64,000 nt of DNA from Convolutriloba macropyga (lineage: Eukaryota): the NCBI RefSeq assembly GCF_964194025.1, contig NC_134472.1:36766001-36830000 (forward strand). Reading direction: 5' to 3'. Shown one piece after another: positions 1 through 12,675 of this stretch (the first letter of the stretch is position 1; each line of letters begins with the position of its first letter). The position numbers and the translations under genes were made by a program. A model generated the notes under the pieces. The model was not told the DNA's origin. It saw only the letters and a list, made by a program, of their open reading frames with translations, and made no database searches.

Positions 1-530
1 TGGAAGGAAAAACGATGGTTTCGCCGGTCTTGGGGGCACTGGAGGGGAGACATCGCTGGCAGGGTTCTTTACTGTCATGTTGTTTTGCTCTGAGTTTTGG
101 GAAACCGGTGTCAATCGACGCAACTTGAGTTGTCTTCTTGAGGACTGTGAGATGCAGCTGATGTCATCGCGCACTCGAGTTGATGATTGACTCAATTGAC
201 CATCATCGTCGAGACTGTTGACTTCTAGTTCCAACTTTTCTAGACGAGAGATCAAGTTCGATTGACGTTTCATGACTGAGTTTATGCTACTGGAGCTTAA
301 TTTTTCCATCATGATTGATGCTGTCAAGGTTTGTCTTCAGCTCTTCAACGCTCTCCTTGATTTTGTTGATCAACAAAGAAAGAGTGCGGAAGCTTTTTCT
401 CTGCTCAACGGATGTCTGTAAGAGATCAAGCTGATTTTTCATGTTGAGCTCAGTCATTTTGAATTTGTTCAATGCGTATTGTAACTTCTAGCTGTTTTCT
501 TTTGTCATCTTGATGAACCGGCTGTAGTCA
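1..530 (-). pseudogene. Disrupted coding remnant (coiled-coil-like N-terminus then Ser/Pro-rich stretch) running off the window edge; probably TE-derived (gag/ORF1-like)
   Basis: ORF 287-472 plus an adjacent frame reading SNLISRLEKLELEVNSLDDDG...PPVPPRPAKP; interrupted by stops and a frameshift; no diagnostic motif. Confidence 0.3.
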
Positions 531-1809
531 ACTCGTAATGGTTCTGTTGTATTTAAAGTAAAAGTAAAGAACGGCTTGAAATTTACTGAGCGACGACTTT
601 TTTTGGTAAATTAAAAACCTCTTAAGTTTTTGTAGGCTAATCAGCCTAGCTCTTTTCGTTCAAAAGTAGCAACGCAAATTTTCACAAAAATAGGAATCTT
701 AAAGGTGTTTTTTTGGTGCTAAATCTAGCTAAAAATTTGCTTAAAAAAGGAAAAACTAAGCGTTCGCGCGTGTGTACCGTTGATTTGTTGAACAGGACCA
801 AATAATTGCTTTCAATATTTTTACATATATGACTTCGCAACGATTCGCCTGTAAATTTTAGTTCTCCCTTAAATAACAATCAAAGTACCAGAAAAAATTT
901 TACTGAAGTGTTTTCTTTTTTTTGTGTGTGGAGTTTTAGGGACAAATAAAACCTAAAACCAAACAAACTAAATCTATATTGATACTTCTTCAAAGTAAGT
1001 TAACTTTTTTAGAATTTAAAATGCGGTGCGACCAGGCAACGTGAGCTACAGACAAGCAGAGAAAACTGGTTGCTTAAAAGCTGGGTCTACTTTGAAGCTC
1101 TTTTCCAAGAAATTCTGTTTTGCGATTCTTATGAAGTTAAGGACAACTGCTACCATTAAACTGCTTGTATTTGTTTCTGGATATTATCTGCCACCTATGA
1201 ATTGCTCATCTTTACTTTGGTGATTACTGCGACCCAACGGAAACACACTCCTCTTCAGTTGGTGACTACTGAGACCAAAGGGGGAAAAGGGACTTCTTTC
1301 GGCAACTTCTGAGACCGCGGACAAAAAAGAAGAGACGTTTGAATTTTCCAACTTCAAGGGACTATATGCGTGAATGAATTTGAGTGGGGAATTATTCGAG
1401 AGCTTTTGATTTACTTCTTTTTGAGATCTTATCTTCTCTTTTATTTCTCTTGAGAAGGTATTTTCAGTGTATACTACTCAATTAACTAGATGCGCGGCTA
1501 GTAGTATGCAAAATGAAAACAAAATAAGTGTAAATGTCGGGTTTTCTTAGGAAAGCATACTACCCCATTAACTAAGCTCGCGGCTAGTAGTATGCAATTA
1601 AGATCAAAGAAAACACAAACCTCTTTGCAGGTTTTTTTTGTCAGAAATTTTTCAGTAATTTTCTGTCTGTTGTTTTCGGTTTTGCAGAATGGTTATATAG
1701 TTTTTTCAGCTTGTTTTTTAATGAACTGCGGAGGTATATAAAATAGCTCTTTTTTCAATTCTCTCTTTTCTGTTGCTTCTTTGCAGTTTTGAAATAAATG
1801 AAATAAATT

Positions 1810-2460
1810 TTCCGATTATTTTCAAACAAACGGAAGGAGCTATTTCGAACGTTTTCTTGTTATCTACTGAAAATTTCCAATAAACATTAGAAAAATGTTT
1901 TTTTTTTGAGTTTTTTAAGTAAAAGAAGCAAATTTGCAAATTTCAAGTTGCCTCTTTATAAGTTTGTATTTTCAATCAACTAATTTTGAGACTTGTTTTC
2001 CAACAAAACCAGGGGAGCTAATCAATGGGTTTCAGTGGAACTAATAAATGTTTTATTCAAAACGTTAGGAAAACGTTTTTTGAATTTTTTGATTCAAAGA
2101 AGCAATTTTTGTGAAAATTGAGTTGCTTCTTTACAAAATTGCGAAATCGATAAACTGATTTTGAAGCTTATTTTCCAACAAACCCAGGGGGCTAATCAAT
2201 GGGTTTCAGTGGAACTAATAAATGTTTTATTCAAAACGTTAGGAAAACGTTTTTTGAATTTTTTGATTCAAAGAAGCAATTTTTGTGAAAATTGAGTTGC
2301 TTCTTTACAAAATTGCGAAATCGATAAACTGATTTTGAAGCTTATTTTCCAACAAACCCAGGGGGGCTAATCAATGGGTTTTTTGGATTTAATAAAAAGT
2401 TTTCATTAAGACGTTAGAAAAAAGTTTTTTTGATTTTTGACGCTCAAAAAAGCAATTTTG
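1810..2460. repeat. Tandem repeat, ~175-bp unit, about 3.5 copies
   Basis: ttttccaacaaa(a/c)ccagggg..ctaatcaatgggttt recurs at ~1996, ~2171 and ~2345; a more diverged copy starts near 1810. Confidence 0.85.
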
Positions 2461-5400
2461 CGACTTTCTCATTTTTGAGCAAAAATTTTACATAAGGTGT
2501 TCAACCAAAATAAAGTTGATTTTAAGTCCAACTGAAGTGTTCCATTCAAATAAAAATTTTACTTTCATGTAGATTTTTTGCGACAAATTGAGAAAATTGT
2601 TTTTGAGTTTTTCCGATGCAAAAAACGCTATATCGTTTTTTCGGGCAATTTGTGTTTTTTTTTTCGTTAATTGCTGACCTGTAGTTGCTCACGGCTATTT
2701 CTTTCATAAACCATCTACCAAAAGGTCGTTGGGGGACAATTTTTGTGTGTTTGAGATTTTTGTCGCAAAAAAATTCACGTTTTTTTTTGGATACGTCTAA
2801 CCGGGGAAAGGACTTCTAAGGTGACGTCTGGAACCTCGGGCGATCATCTCTTGGTGACGTCTGTAACCAAAAAAATGTCAGGCCTTCTTGGTCGGGTGAC
2901 GTCTGAAAACCCTTGAAAAAAAACTCTTCGTCTTTGGTTGGCTCGTCTGCAATAAGAAACTCTGTCGTAGTCTTGGATATTAGTCTTGGGGTGTGCTCAT
3001 GCCCCCTCTTTGTTTCAAAAAAAAATTAAATTTAATTCAGAAGGTTTTATGTCCTTATTATCAAGGCGGATGGTCGCCAAAATTATGTTTTAAAACATAT
3101 CTCTAGTCTAATCATTTGTTAATTTGTTAAAAGAGCACGTCTAAGTTTCACGTTGTTGGACAAAAGAGTCAAGTTTTTGTTGCAATTTTGGCGGTTTTTG
3201 AATCATCTTGAAAGTTGCAATAACATTGGCAACAACAACAAACAGTGAGATACTCATTTCGTAGGAAAAAGCTGATCAAAATTTTTTTCTATTTTTACGT
3301 CATAAACTGAAGCGTGTGAGATATCATTTTAGAAAAACACGGCGTTGGAATCTGGTTGTCAGACTCGAGTGGTTATTGCAAAAAAAACATAATTTGTCAA
3401 ATCGTAAATAAGAGATGACCAAAGAATAGGTGCAATTTCATCAAGTTGTTAGTTTGTAAAAACAGGCTGATTAGATACTTTGGTACAGATTGATGATGAT
3501 TGGCAAATGTAATGACTGCATATAAACATAGGAGCTGTTGAAATGTCAGGTTCTTTTGTCAAATATGAGTCATTGTCATTTTGTATCATAACATTATTTG
3601 TTTTCTGTTTTACAAACCAGCATAAATACAAACCAACAATGAATAGTTTGAGGTGTTACATGGGCCACTTACAATTTGCAGCTGACTACAAACTTGCTTA
3701 GTTTAATTACTGTACCCAAATTCACAATTCAGCATCAGCAATCTACGCCATCGCAGCCAGGATAAATTTCGAGGATTATGCCTAACTTCCAGGGGCCTCT
3801 GCTCCGGCATGCTCTGCTGTTTTGGAATTAATCACCAAAGAGTCAGTTCCAAAACTAACCAGCAAACTACTGTGCCTGTTTCCCAGATCTTCAAAGTGTG
3901 ATTTTTTTCTGTCGAATGCTTGGAGAGTATTTTACTCACGCTCTTTCCAACAGGACATAATAAGACACGGAAGACTCAGCAGTGTATGTTTAACATCATT
4001 GGGAACACAATTGTTGGTGATTTTCAGTTTATTTTGGACTTCAGCCCACATCGGTTCAGCATAATTTTGCCTGGTAGTTTCCTTGATCCTATGAATTTGT
4101 TTGAAAACAAAAGGAAGATTTGAGCACATCTCTCCCAGATTCCACCAACGTTCATTTAATTGGGGTGGTTCAATGTCTATTTGATATTCATCTGCATGAG
4201 ATGAAGTTACGACGTAAACTAATTGAATTTTCTAATGCTCGCATTACTGGATTTTAAGGTGTCATTTAAGCCAATAAAGGATTATCGTCACTCGGAATTT
4301 AAAAAATTACATATAAATTTTATTGGGTTCCCCAAGATTTGAATGCTTCAGTCGACCTTTCACTTGAATTATTTCATCTTTATCGACGAAGAATGACAAT
4401 TTGATGATGTTAAATGTTTTCAAGATTTCTTTACTGCTTGCTATCGACTTTGAAACATTCGGGAAGCGTTCGGTTTGAACAAATCGAAACAGTATTTGCT
4501 CTGCTTGATGGATTTCGTCCTATCCTGGGGGGGGGGGGGTTCCGGCTGCTTCTTCATGAACTTCATGCAGTAGGCGATAAGGTTTTTTATTCTAATGAAG
4601 CTGGTGTAGCGGTTCCAGTCAAATGGCTGCTTAACTTGTATTTCTGTCGCTACAGCACTGAGAGCTTGCTCGGATTCGAGTTCGTTCTCTTCACACCACG
4701 TCTTTGGCTATTCATTTTTACCCTTTTGGAGCCATGCTGGCCCGTTTAAACACACAGACTCCCGGAGTCCTTCAATAGAGATTCCTCGGGTTCCAATAAT
4801 GTCAGTGTTATTGACACCTTTGATGTTTCTCCATTGATCCATTGATGAATTTTCCATTATTTCTGAGTTCTGTTTGCAACGAATTCATTTTGTTTCTTGT
4901 GCGCTTGTTGTAACCAATGTATTACCGTTGATGAATGGGTCCAATGATAGATTTTGTCAATTCTGACATCATGTTCCCTGGGTATCTTCTTTTTGAGACA
5001 AACTCCGTAAACTGCGGCCTGGAGAACTGACTCCGATATTGATATGTGTCTGATGGGCGCTACACAACATTTCCCTTTTACATAGGCTAGTCGTCCTAGG
5101 GTTGCTTCATTTCACAGGCATGCCGCAAAACACATTGCTTCTTCTGATACATCTCAAAAGATGTGAAGTCTCAGGTTTGAACAATAAATTACGAAAAAAA
5201 TTCGATTAATTGATATCGTCCCTATTTTTCTCAACTCAGAGCACCAATCAAGGGACAGTTTTGAGTGTTCTGCTGGAAACTCTTTGTCCCATGCTTGCCC
5301 CATTGCTGCCCAAATGTTTTCAATTAGAAACCGCGTTCGTATGGTGAAGGGTGAACTTATCGCAAGCGGGTCGAACACTGCTGAGACAAACGATAGGGCA

Positions 5401-8400
5401 ATTTTCTGAATTTGTTTTCGCTGAAACTTCCTGCTCAGTTCCACGAAAGTCAACAAAATTATTTGTGTCCACAGTTTAGTCCAAGGATTGAAGATGATTG
5501 TGGTTAAGCTTCGAAATATTTCACAATTTTCGTTGAACTGTCTGTCTCTGGGATCCGTGACTTGACTTCATCGTCACTCGTTGTCCATTTCGACAATCTG
5601 AATCCACCTTTCCTAAAAATATCTCTCACTTTCGGGTATAATTCAATCGCTTCTTGAGGAGTTCTGACTGATTTGAGAAGCCTTCCGTGTAGAATTTTTG
5701 CTGAACCTTTCTCACAAGACTTTTGTCGTTGACTGCATTATCATTCTTCACAAAACGTAACATGCACAAGTCGGCAAGCTTTTCACCCAAAACGTGTCGT
5801 GTGGACTCGTAGACTTCCATCTTTTGCTCTGGGTGTTTCAGCAGAGAAATTGTAGACATCGATTGTCGTCGCTTTAGAGGGCGATTTGAAGAAACATCGG
5901 TTCTATGTCGGCTGAAAGCGCTATCTGTTGTTTTCGGAAGCGAAAAATAAGTCCGATTAGACTCTGTAAGAGGTCTGGTCCAGACAACAGTTTGTCATTT
6001 ATAGCCACACACTTTGATACGTTGCTGCTGCGTAGCACACTCTTCTGACCTTTTCAGGTTTATGCGGGTTAATGGCGGGATGATGTGGCAAATACCATTG
6101 TAGTTTGAATCGGGTTTCATTCATTTCAGTTTGATTAACTTTCCGAACGCATCCAGCCTTGACGTCCGTGTCAATGGTTTCCTAGTAGCGCCTCTTCAGC
6201 GTTTTGTCCTCCTGTAGTTGTCGTTCTAGGGACTTGAGTTGCTCCATTGCAGAGTAGAATTTGTTTGCTAACTTCACTTTGTCCTCTCGCCAAAGAAGTC
6301 CAATTTTGTATCTTTCACCGTTGAATCGCGTTGTTTGCTCCAACGTCTTGATTGCTTGATGTTCTTGTTTAGTATGACCGGTGAAATCGTAGTTTGAGGC
6401 ATAGCACTCGGAATCCCACCACTTACTCAAATCGTTTGCTAAATTGTCCTCTGATAATGAGGTTGCAGTTGTAGCGGGAGCTGCTACTTGCATCGCTGGT
6501 GGGGGACCACTCAAAGCTCATCCTATTTTCGACCTCACTGCCCATGGTGCAGTTTAATCGTCTGACTTTTTGAGATCTAATGGGTGATGGAGGTCATGAC
6601 AGTCTTGTCCAAGAATAATTTGACCTTCATTTAGATAGTAGCTCTGATTTGGCAGGTTCCTCAGATGTGTGTAGCGGTCTTTCAACCCTCTCAGATCTAC
6701 AATCTGGTCAACCAAGTTCAGTTTCTCCTGAACACATAATTGAACTGTTGTCATTGGTTGAGACTTCTCGTGTGCTGAAACCGCTATCGGCACTATTCCA
6801 ATATTGACATTTTGAGATAGATGAAATCCTGCAGCTGATAAAGACGCATTTTGGCCGTGCAGATGCACCGTAGATACGGTTAACTTAACTGCGAAGGAAA
6901 TTGAGGATCCTGTATCACACATTGCTTCACGCTCAGGCTGTGGTTTTCATTCACTGATTTAATGAGCACTAATGGTACTCTTCTTTGTGTGATGTTTGTT
7001 GCTACTGCTGCCGAAGCATCTTAGGTATCTGTTGTAACCTCTTTCTTTGAAAAATCACTGTGAAATTTTTTTGTGTTGTCTTCAACATTTAGGCACACTG
7101 CACGTTCTACTTTTGCCATCCTTTGACCGACGGCCAGTTCTCAGACAATTGAAACACAGTCTGAAGTTCTGCACTTGTTCTTGTCGTTCATTCAGCTTCA
7201 TCGATTTAAATTTTTCCGCAGATCCAGATTGCACGCTGTCCATCTTTGGATGGTGATATTGAAGTCTCTGGGTTTTTAGAAATCTCAGTGTTTGATGCAA
7301 AAGTACTTGTTTGTGGTATTTCTCGGCTTTAAAACTTGAAGTTTCTCTGCGCTAACAAGTCTTCATGTATGAAAGCTTTTGATGCAAATCAGTCTTTGAA
7401 TACAATCAAGATTGCTGCTAGTACTCGATGGTCCTGTAGGTGTTGTAGTCTCTTCTCTTTAAGTTTTGGAGAAAGATTTCTAAATGCTAAAGTCAGAACT
7501 CTTTCCGATTCCAGATCGTGCTGAAATCCTTGCCAATTAAAAACTGGAGTCGTCGTGCCTAATTGGAGGGTGACTGTATATATTCCTAAGTTGAAATTGG
7601 ACTAGGACTCTCGGTCTGCCAAACCTCTTCCAGAGAATGTCCCAGGTTTGATAATATGTTTGTGAGCTGAAACCCAGTCCAGAAAATTCCATTTTTGCCT
7701 GACCCGCGAGACTAATCTTCAGATACTGCATCTTTTCAGTATAACTTAGGCGTTTTTGATGCACAATGACACAAAAGAGTTCTGCCCACTCGGGCCACTT
7801 CAATGAATCTCTTGTGAGCTCCGTTAGCTTGAGTTTTGGTAACGCTCGTGGATCAACACTCGGTTGGTAATTTACATGTGGCGTAGTTTGGCTCACGTTT
7901 ATTTGGTTTTGGCTCCCCGTCGACCTTTTGCGAGAGTTGTGTTTGGGACTCAGGCTTCTCTGCCTGTTTGGGAGCGCTGACGGTCCATGTTGCTGCAAAT
8001 GCGTCCTGGGCAAATGCGTCAGTGGTTCTGTCAACCTGATGGAATTAGGGACTTCTGGTTTCCTAAGAATACTCGAATCTTACATTTGCCTTAAGAAAAG
8101 TCCTGCAACTGGTTGGAAAAGCTGGGTTCTTTTCGGGTATGCACTGAAGGGTTTGTCACCTCTGTCCTGTGTGACTTTCTTAGGAGGGTCGATTCTAACA
8201 ATAGAAGATAGTGGCCGGCTAAGGCCAGACTGTTGGGCCACTGAATCTGCGCAGCCTGCCGTTCTTTTTAGCTTGCCTCTTGATCCAAATTTTTCTAAGT
8301 CGTCTGCCTGAGACCATATGCGCTTGAGCTTACTTTCGTCAGCTCAAATTCCAGCTGCGTTTGCTCCTCATAAGCCTTTGCGTTCTTCCTTTCGTTTTCG

Positions 8401-9456
8401 AGCTCTCGCTCATGCTGTCGCAAAAGTACTTCATCTTCTAGTTGTTGCGGACGTTGTTGTGTTTCCTCACGCTCATGACCTAACTCCATTTGTCACTCTC
8501 GCAGTCGTTGCTCTGCTTCTTTCTTAGCTCATAGGTTTTGGAGCCCAATTTCGTCGATCCGTCGCCTTCTCGATGATCGGAACGTGGCAATTTTTGGTTG
8601 TGTTTTGCTTCCATGTGTAGCAAAAAGACTTGAAGAGAACTCAACGTTCTCTTCAACACCGTCTTGCACACCATTTTTTGTCTCAACTACAGTTTCATTC
8701 CGATCCCTATCACCAGGCGATGTAGAAGACACTAACGATGTTTGGTTTCCACAATCCTTGCTGTGCCCGTATTGCTTGGTCCGGTCCCGACAGTAACTCC
8801 TACTATTGCTGACCTCCACGAGTTGTTGGCTGCAATATTATCGCTTGATCATTCGGGTAGATTCTGCGTAGATTTCAAATAGTTTTCCTACTAACTGATC
8901 TACCTGATTACACAACGACTGTTTTTCGGTTTCGCTTAAGTTTTCTGTTTCCAATTTCTCCAAAACTGACCGTTCACTCAAAATTTGACCAACAGCTGAA
9001 TTGTATGCTCGAAATGTGTCTTTCAAACAACCGAAGAAATCTGTGCGAAAGCGTTCAATGTCTTGGAAAAATGATATTTTTTCAACTACCATAGCAAAAC
9101 TTCGCTCTATTTTTCTAGCATAAGCTTTGTGTCATTGTCAAACACTTCTAAGTAGATTGGTTTTAACAGTAAACTCTGCTGCTCTCTTTTGTCTTCCAAG
9201 TTGTCGTACGTCTCGAAGAAGCAGCGATGTGAACTTTTGGCTGTCATTGTTTTGTTTTGTGTCAAGCATTCTTCTAGCTAGGTGAGGTGTCTGGAGAACA
9301 AATTCAGTAGGTCAGCTTGCTCTCTCTCCAACGTCTTGCGTTGATAACTTGAGTTCAATCAGCTGTTTTCCGTTGTCTACTGGGACCTTTTCTATTGTAG
9401 AGATTTCGTTCAAGTCCAACAAATCGAATTAATGACTCTTTGCTGTTCGTGTTGTT

Positions 9457-9474
9457 ATCCGGGTCGGCGGACCA
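9457..9474 (-). promoter_or_regulatory. Primer-binding site of the BEL/Pao element (tRNA-Tyr-like)
   Basis: Minus strand reads TGGTCCGCCGACCCGGAT, 2 nt after the LTR-terminal CA; resembles the TGGTCCTTCGAGCCGGAT PBS common in BEL/Pao elements. Confidence 0.7.
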
Positions 9475-9476
9475 AA

Positions 9477-10219
9477 TGACAAGGCTGCTCAAGATAATCA
9501 GGGAACCGGAAAATCACAGTCTTGTTCTCGAGTTGTACGCCGGCCAAGGTTCAATTGACTAATGATCTCGTCGAAAAGATGAGTCGCTCGGACGTATTAA
9601 AGGACTCAAACATTAATTCTGATTGAAGTTAGGAAAATTCTTATTGAAAATCTATGTTCGATCTCGTGCTGAAATTTGTAAGGCTTCAATCAGGTTTAAC
9701 CTTGTTGGCTATTTTTTGTCAAGAAAACTTAACTCACTTAAAACTCACAAGATCTTAACATCTAGCAAAACTTATGAAAATGATTAAAGATGTTGAAGAG
9801 TCAAATTTTAGTCCAATCTGAGAGCCAACTGCTCTATAAAACGGTTTCTAATGGCTGTAAACAGAATTTGGTTTCACCATTCAAACAATTGAGTCAAAAT
9901 TAAAAAATCAAATAAATACCATTTAAAACATTATTGCTACTAGTCTCTGATTGGTTAATCAAGTAAAGTGATGTAAGTCATTGTTTACATTGTAAATGTC
10001 AAATTACTGCAGTTTTTACATTTGCTGACACAAGCACGGACGGTTATTACAAAGCTCTAAATGCCTCACACGTAGGGCATGTATCCGTTAATGACCACCC
10101 AAGCTATCATTAAATAAACGATCCAAGAGAGTTAACAATAAATGACAAAATATCAAAAAATGTCAAATTTGAACCATCTAAGTGCTAATAGCCAGACTTG
10201 TGGGTTTGAGGCCATAACG
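9477..10219 (-). repeat. Probable 5' LTR of the BEL/Pao element
   Basis: Ends in CA next to the PBS; non-coding; the far end reads (C/T)GTTATGGCC, a likely decayed TG start; no matching 3' LTR found. Confidence 0.55.
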
Positions 10220-10228
10220 TTCATTAGG

Positions 10229-10828
10229 ATAGTGGCTGGCTAAGGCCAGACTGTTGGGCCACTGAATCTGCGCAGCCTGCCGTTCTTTTTAGCTTGCCTC
10301 TTGATCAAATTTTTCTAAGTCGTCTGCCTGAGACCATATGCTCTTCTCTTGAGTTTACTTTCGTCAGCTCAAATTCCAGCTGCATTTGCTCCTCATAAGC
10401 CTTTGCGTTCTTCCTTTCGTTTTCGAGCTCTCGCTCATGCTGTCGCAAAAGTACTTCATCTTCTATTTGTTGCGGACGTTGTTGTGTTTCCTCACGCTCA
10501 TGACCTAACTCCATTTGTCACTCTCGCAGTCGTTGCTCTGCTTCTTTCTTAGCTCATAGGTTTTGGAGCCCAATTTCGTCGATCCGTCGCCTTCTCGATG
10601 ATCGGAACGTGGCAATTTTTGGTTGATTTTTGCTTCCATGTGTAGCAAAAAGACTTGAAGAGACCTCGACGTTCTCTTCGACACCGGTTAATGGCCACCT
10701 AAGGTATCATAAAATAAACAATCCAAGAGAGTTAACAATAAATGACAGAATATCAAAAAATGTCATATTTTAACCATCTAAGTGCTAATAGCCAGACTTG
10801 TGGGTTTGAGGCCATTTCGTTCATTAGG
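10229..10828 (-). repeat. Local rearranged duplicate: copy of BEL gag segment ~8209-8660 joined to a copy of the LTR end ~10087-10228
   Basis: ORFs 10305-10514 and 8295-8489 are near-identical; 10686-10828 repeats 10087-10228. Confidence 0.85.
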
Positions 10829-10869
10829 TCCATGAAAAACTTAGAGTTTACCGTGAAGAAATCGGATGT

Positions 10870-12360
10870 GACTTTCCATCGACCCGTAAACCTTCAAATT
10901 TTATATCCAAATTTCTGGAGAAAATTGTTTTTGATGAAATTTATGAACTTGTAAGACAACATTTGTTAAAAAATTAGTTTGTTTTCTGAAAAAGATAACA
11001 ATTGAAAAACATTACCGTTAATTAAGAATTCAAAGACCTAATCATCTTGTTTCTTGTCTTCGCCAAAGCGTTTGACATCGTACCACATAACGCCCTAACG
11101 CCCTAATGCGAAGTTTTTGTAACATCGGCATTGGAGGAAAGTTAATTAAGCTAATTTTGTTGTATCTACTGACCTGAAAATAAAATATGAAATTTAAGGA
11201 TGAATTATTGGGTTTTCGAGAAGTTACCAGTGGCGTCCAGTTCAACTTTGTCTAAATAAAATCAAATTAGAATTAATTATTGCAAAACGTACCTCATAAA
11301 CGTCAAAGGAATTATAACGGTGTTTCTTGATCACCATCTGCTAGACTAAGTGAAAAAACAACGCGACCTTGAGCTCCAAGTTTCAGCAAATCCCAGTTGT
11401 TGTACAGTGGTCTCTAAGTACAATGATCCAATTGGCCGATTTTTTTGGGAAACTCTCAAGCTGTTTCAGCTCAGTTTATGATGCCGTTATGGAAACGAAA
11501 CCATACAACATCACTGGAATCATCAAGGTCCTGTAGAAATCAATTTGATCGTCGTTGGTAAACCCATTGCAGCAATCTGGCCAAGTAAATAGAGCACTTT
11601 GTTTGCATTCATTAAACACTCTTCGACGTGGCGCTTCCAGGTAAGTTTACTTGACACTTGAATCCCTACTTCTTTCACTATCGCAGAATTCCGAAGTTGG
11701 ACATCCTTTAGTTCGGAGGACTTTTTTCCCCATAACTTAACCTTCGTGTATTTTTCCATGGCAACATCCATTTTATTTGTTTCGACCCATTTCTGGATTG
11801 CATTCAGGTCTTCTTGTGGCTCCCATTTTTGTTTTCCAGTTGCTATTCTGTTTAGATCACTAACAAAAATAAAGGGATCTGAGAACAAGAGGGCTACCGG
11901 CAAGTCATTAATAAGGATGCAGTAGAGAAGCGGGACCAATAGAAGTCCTTGAGGTACATCATTTGTCTTTGTTAGTGTTCGTTCGTGATCTTGTGTTGTG
12001 GACGCTTACCAGTTATTTGTTTCCCTTTAGGTTCAAACAGGATCTCCAGCAAACACCCTCCTACTCTTCTGCCTACATTTTTTTTAATGAGCGTGTAGTG
12101 AGATACTTTGTTGAATGCCTTAGAGAAAGGTGAGGAGAACACCACAGTCTCAGAGTCGGGAGCTTCGTCAGGGCTTCATGTATCGTTTTCAAAGAGGAAT
12201 AGAATATTGGTTGTGACCGACAATTTTTTTATGAAATCGTGCTGCCGGTTTATCAGGAGGCAGCAGAAGTGGTTGCAAAGTGCAATGTTTTAGCACTTTT
12301 CAAAAAATTTGCTCACAATATCAAACATTGAAACAGATCTTCATTTTTCAACACATCTAC
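10870..12360. mobile_element. Two opposed, decayed CR1/L2-group LINE RT fragments (+ strand ~10870-11350; - strand ~11370-12360)
   Basis: + strand FAKAFDIVPH; - strand VPQGLLLVPLLYCILINDLP (11523-11960); paralogous to 15540-17480. Confidence 0.75.
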
Positions 12361-12447
12361 CTACAAAGCTAACCCCTCGACATTTTTTGTGAGAGCAGTT
12401 TGCCCATCCTTAGTTGGCTATGTTCAATCATTTTGTCTTTCTTCCAG

Positions 12448-12675
12448 TTGCAATGGCTCACCCTCAGAATAAACGTTTTCGACATAGAGCTCATTTAATT
12501 TTTTACGTGATCACACACACAAGAATGCCTTGTGTCCCTCAGAATATTTGCATTAACGCATTGCATTCAAATGTGGATTTTGTTTACGTGGGATGTGGGT
12601 TTGGAAGTCTTCTCATAAGCTTGGCCAAACTATATCCAAATTATTATTCATTGGGATTTTGAACTGCGCAAGAAT
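12448..12675 (+). pseudogene. METTL1: Decayed duplicate of METTL1 first coding exon
   Basis: MAHPQNKRFRHRAH...VYVGCGFGSLLISLAKLYPNYYSLGF* aligns to 19578-19817; SAM-motif D->Y change, indels and TGA at 12660-12662; flanking sequence is duplicated too. Confidence 0.88.

Larger units (their letters stand above)
3660..10219 (-). mobile_element. Degenerate BEL/Pao LTR retrotransposon (gag-PR-RT-RNaseH-IN remnants); 3' boundary uncertain and may include an older second copy
   Basis: Minus-strand fragments: LPKLKL..WPEW (DUF1759-like gag, 7537-8034); CFNCLRTG knuckle (7082-7300); CDTGS protease (6554-6922); RYKIGLLW and LLSGPDLLQ RT; FDPLA..WDKE Pao RNaseH (5154-5456); GGIWER (~4130) and WKLGIILEIYPGCDG (~3750) integrase C-terminus. 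Many stops and frameshifts. Confidence 0.88.

Noticed and set aside
1810-2460. Regularly spaced repeats considered as a CRISPR-like array
   Set aside because: Whole units repeat with no unique spacers; eukaryotic context and no cas genes
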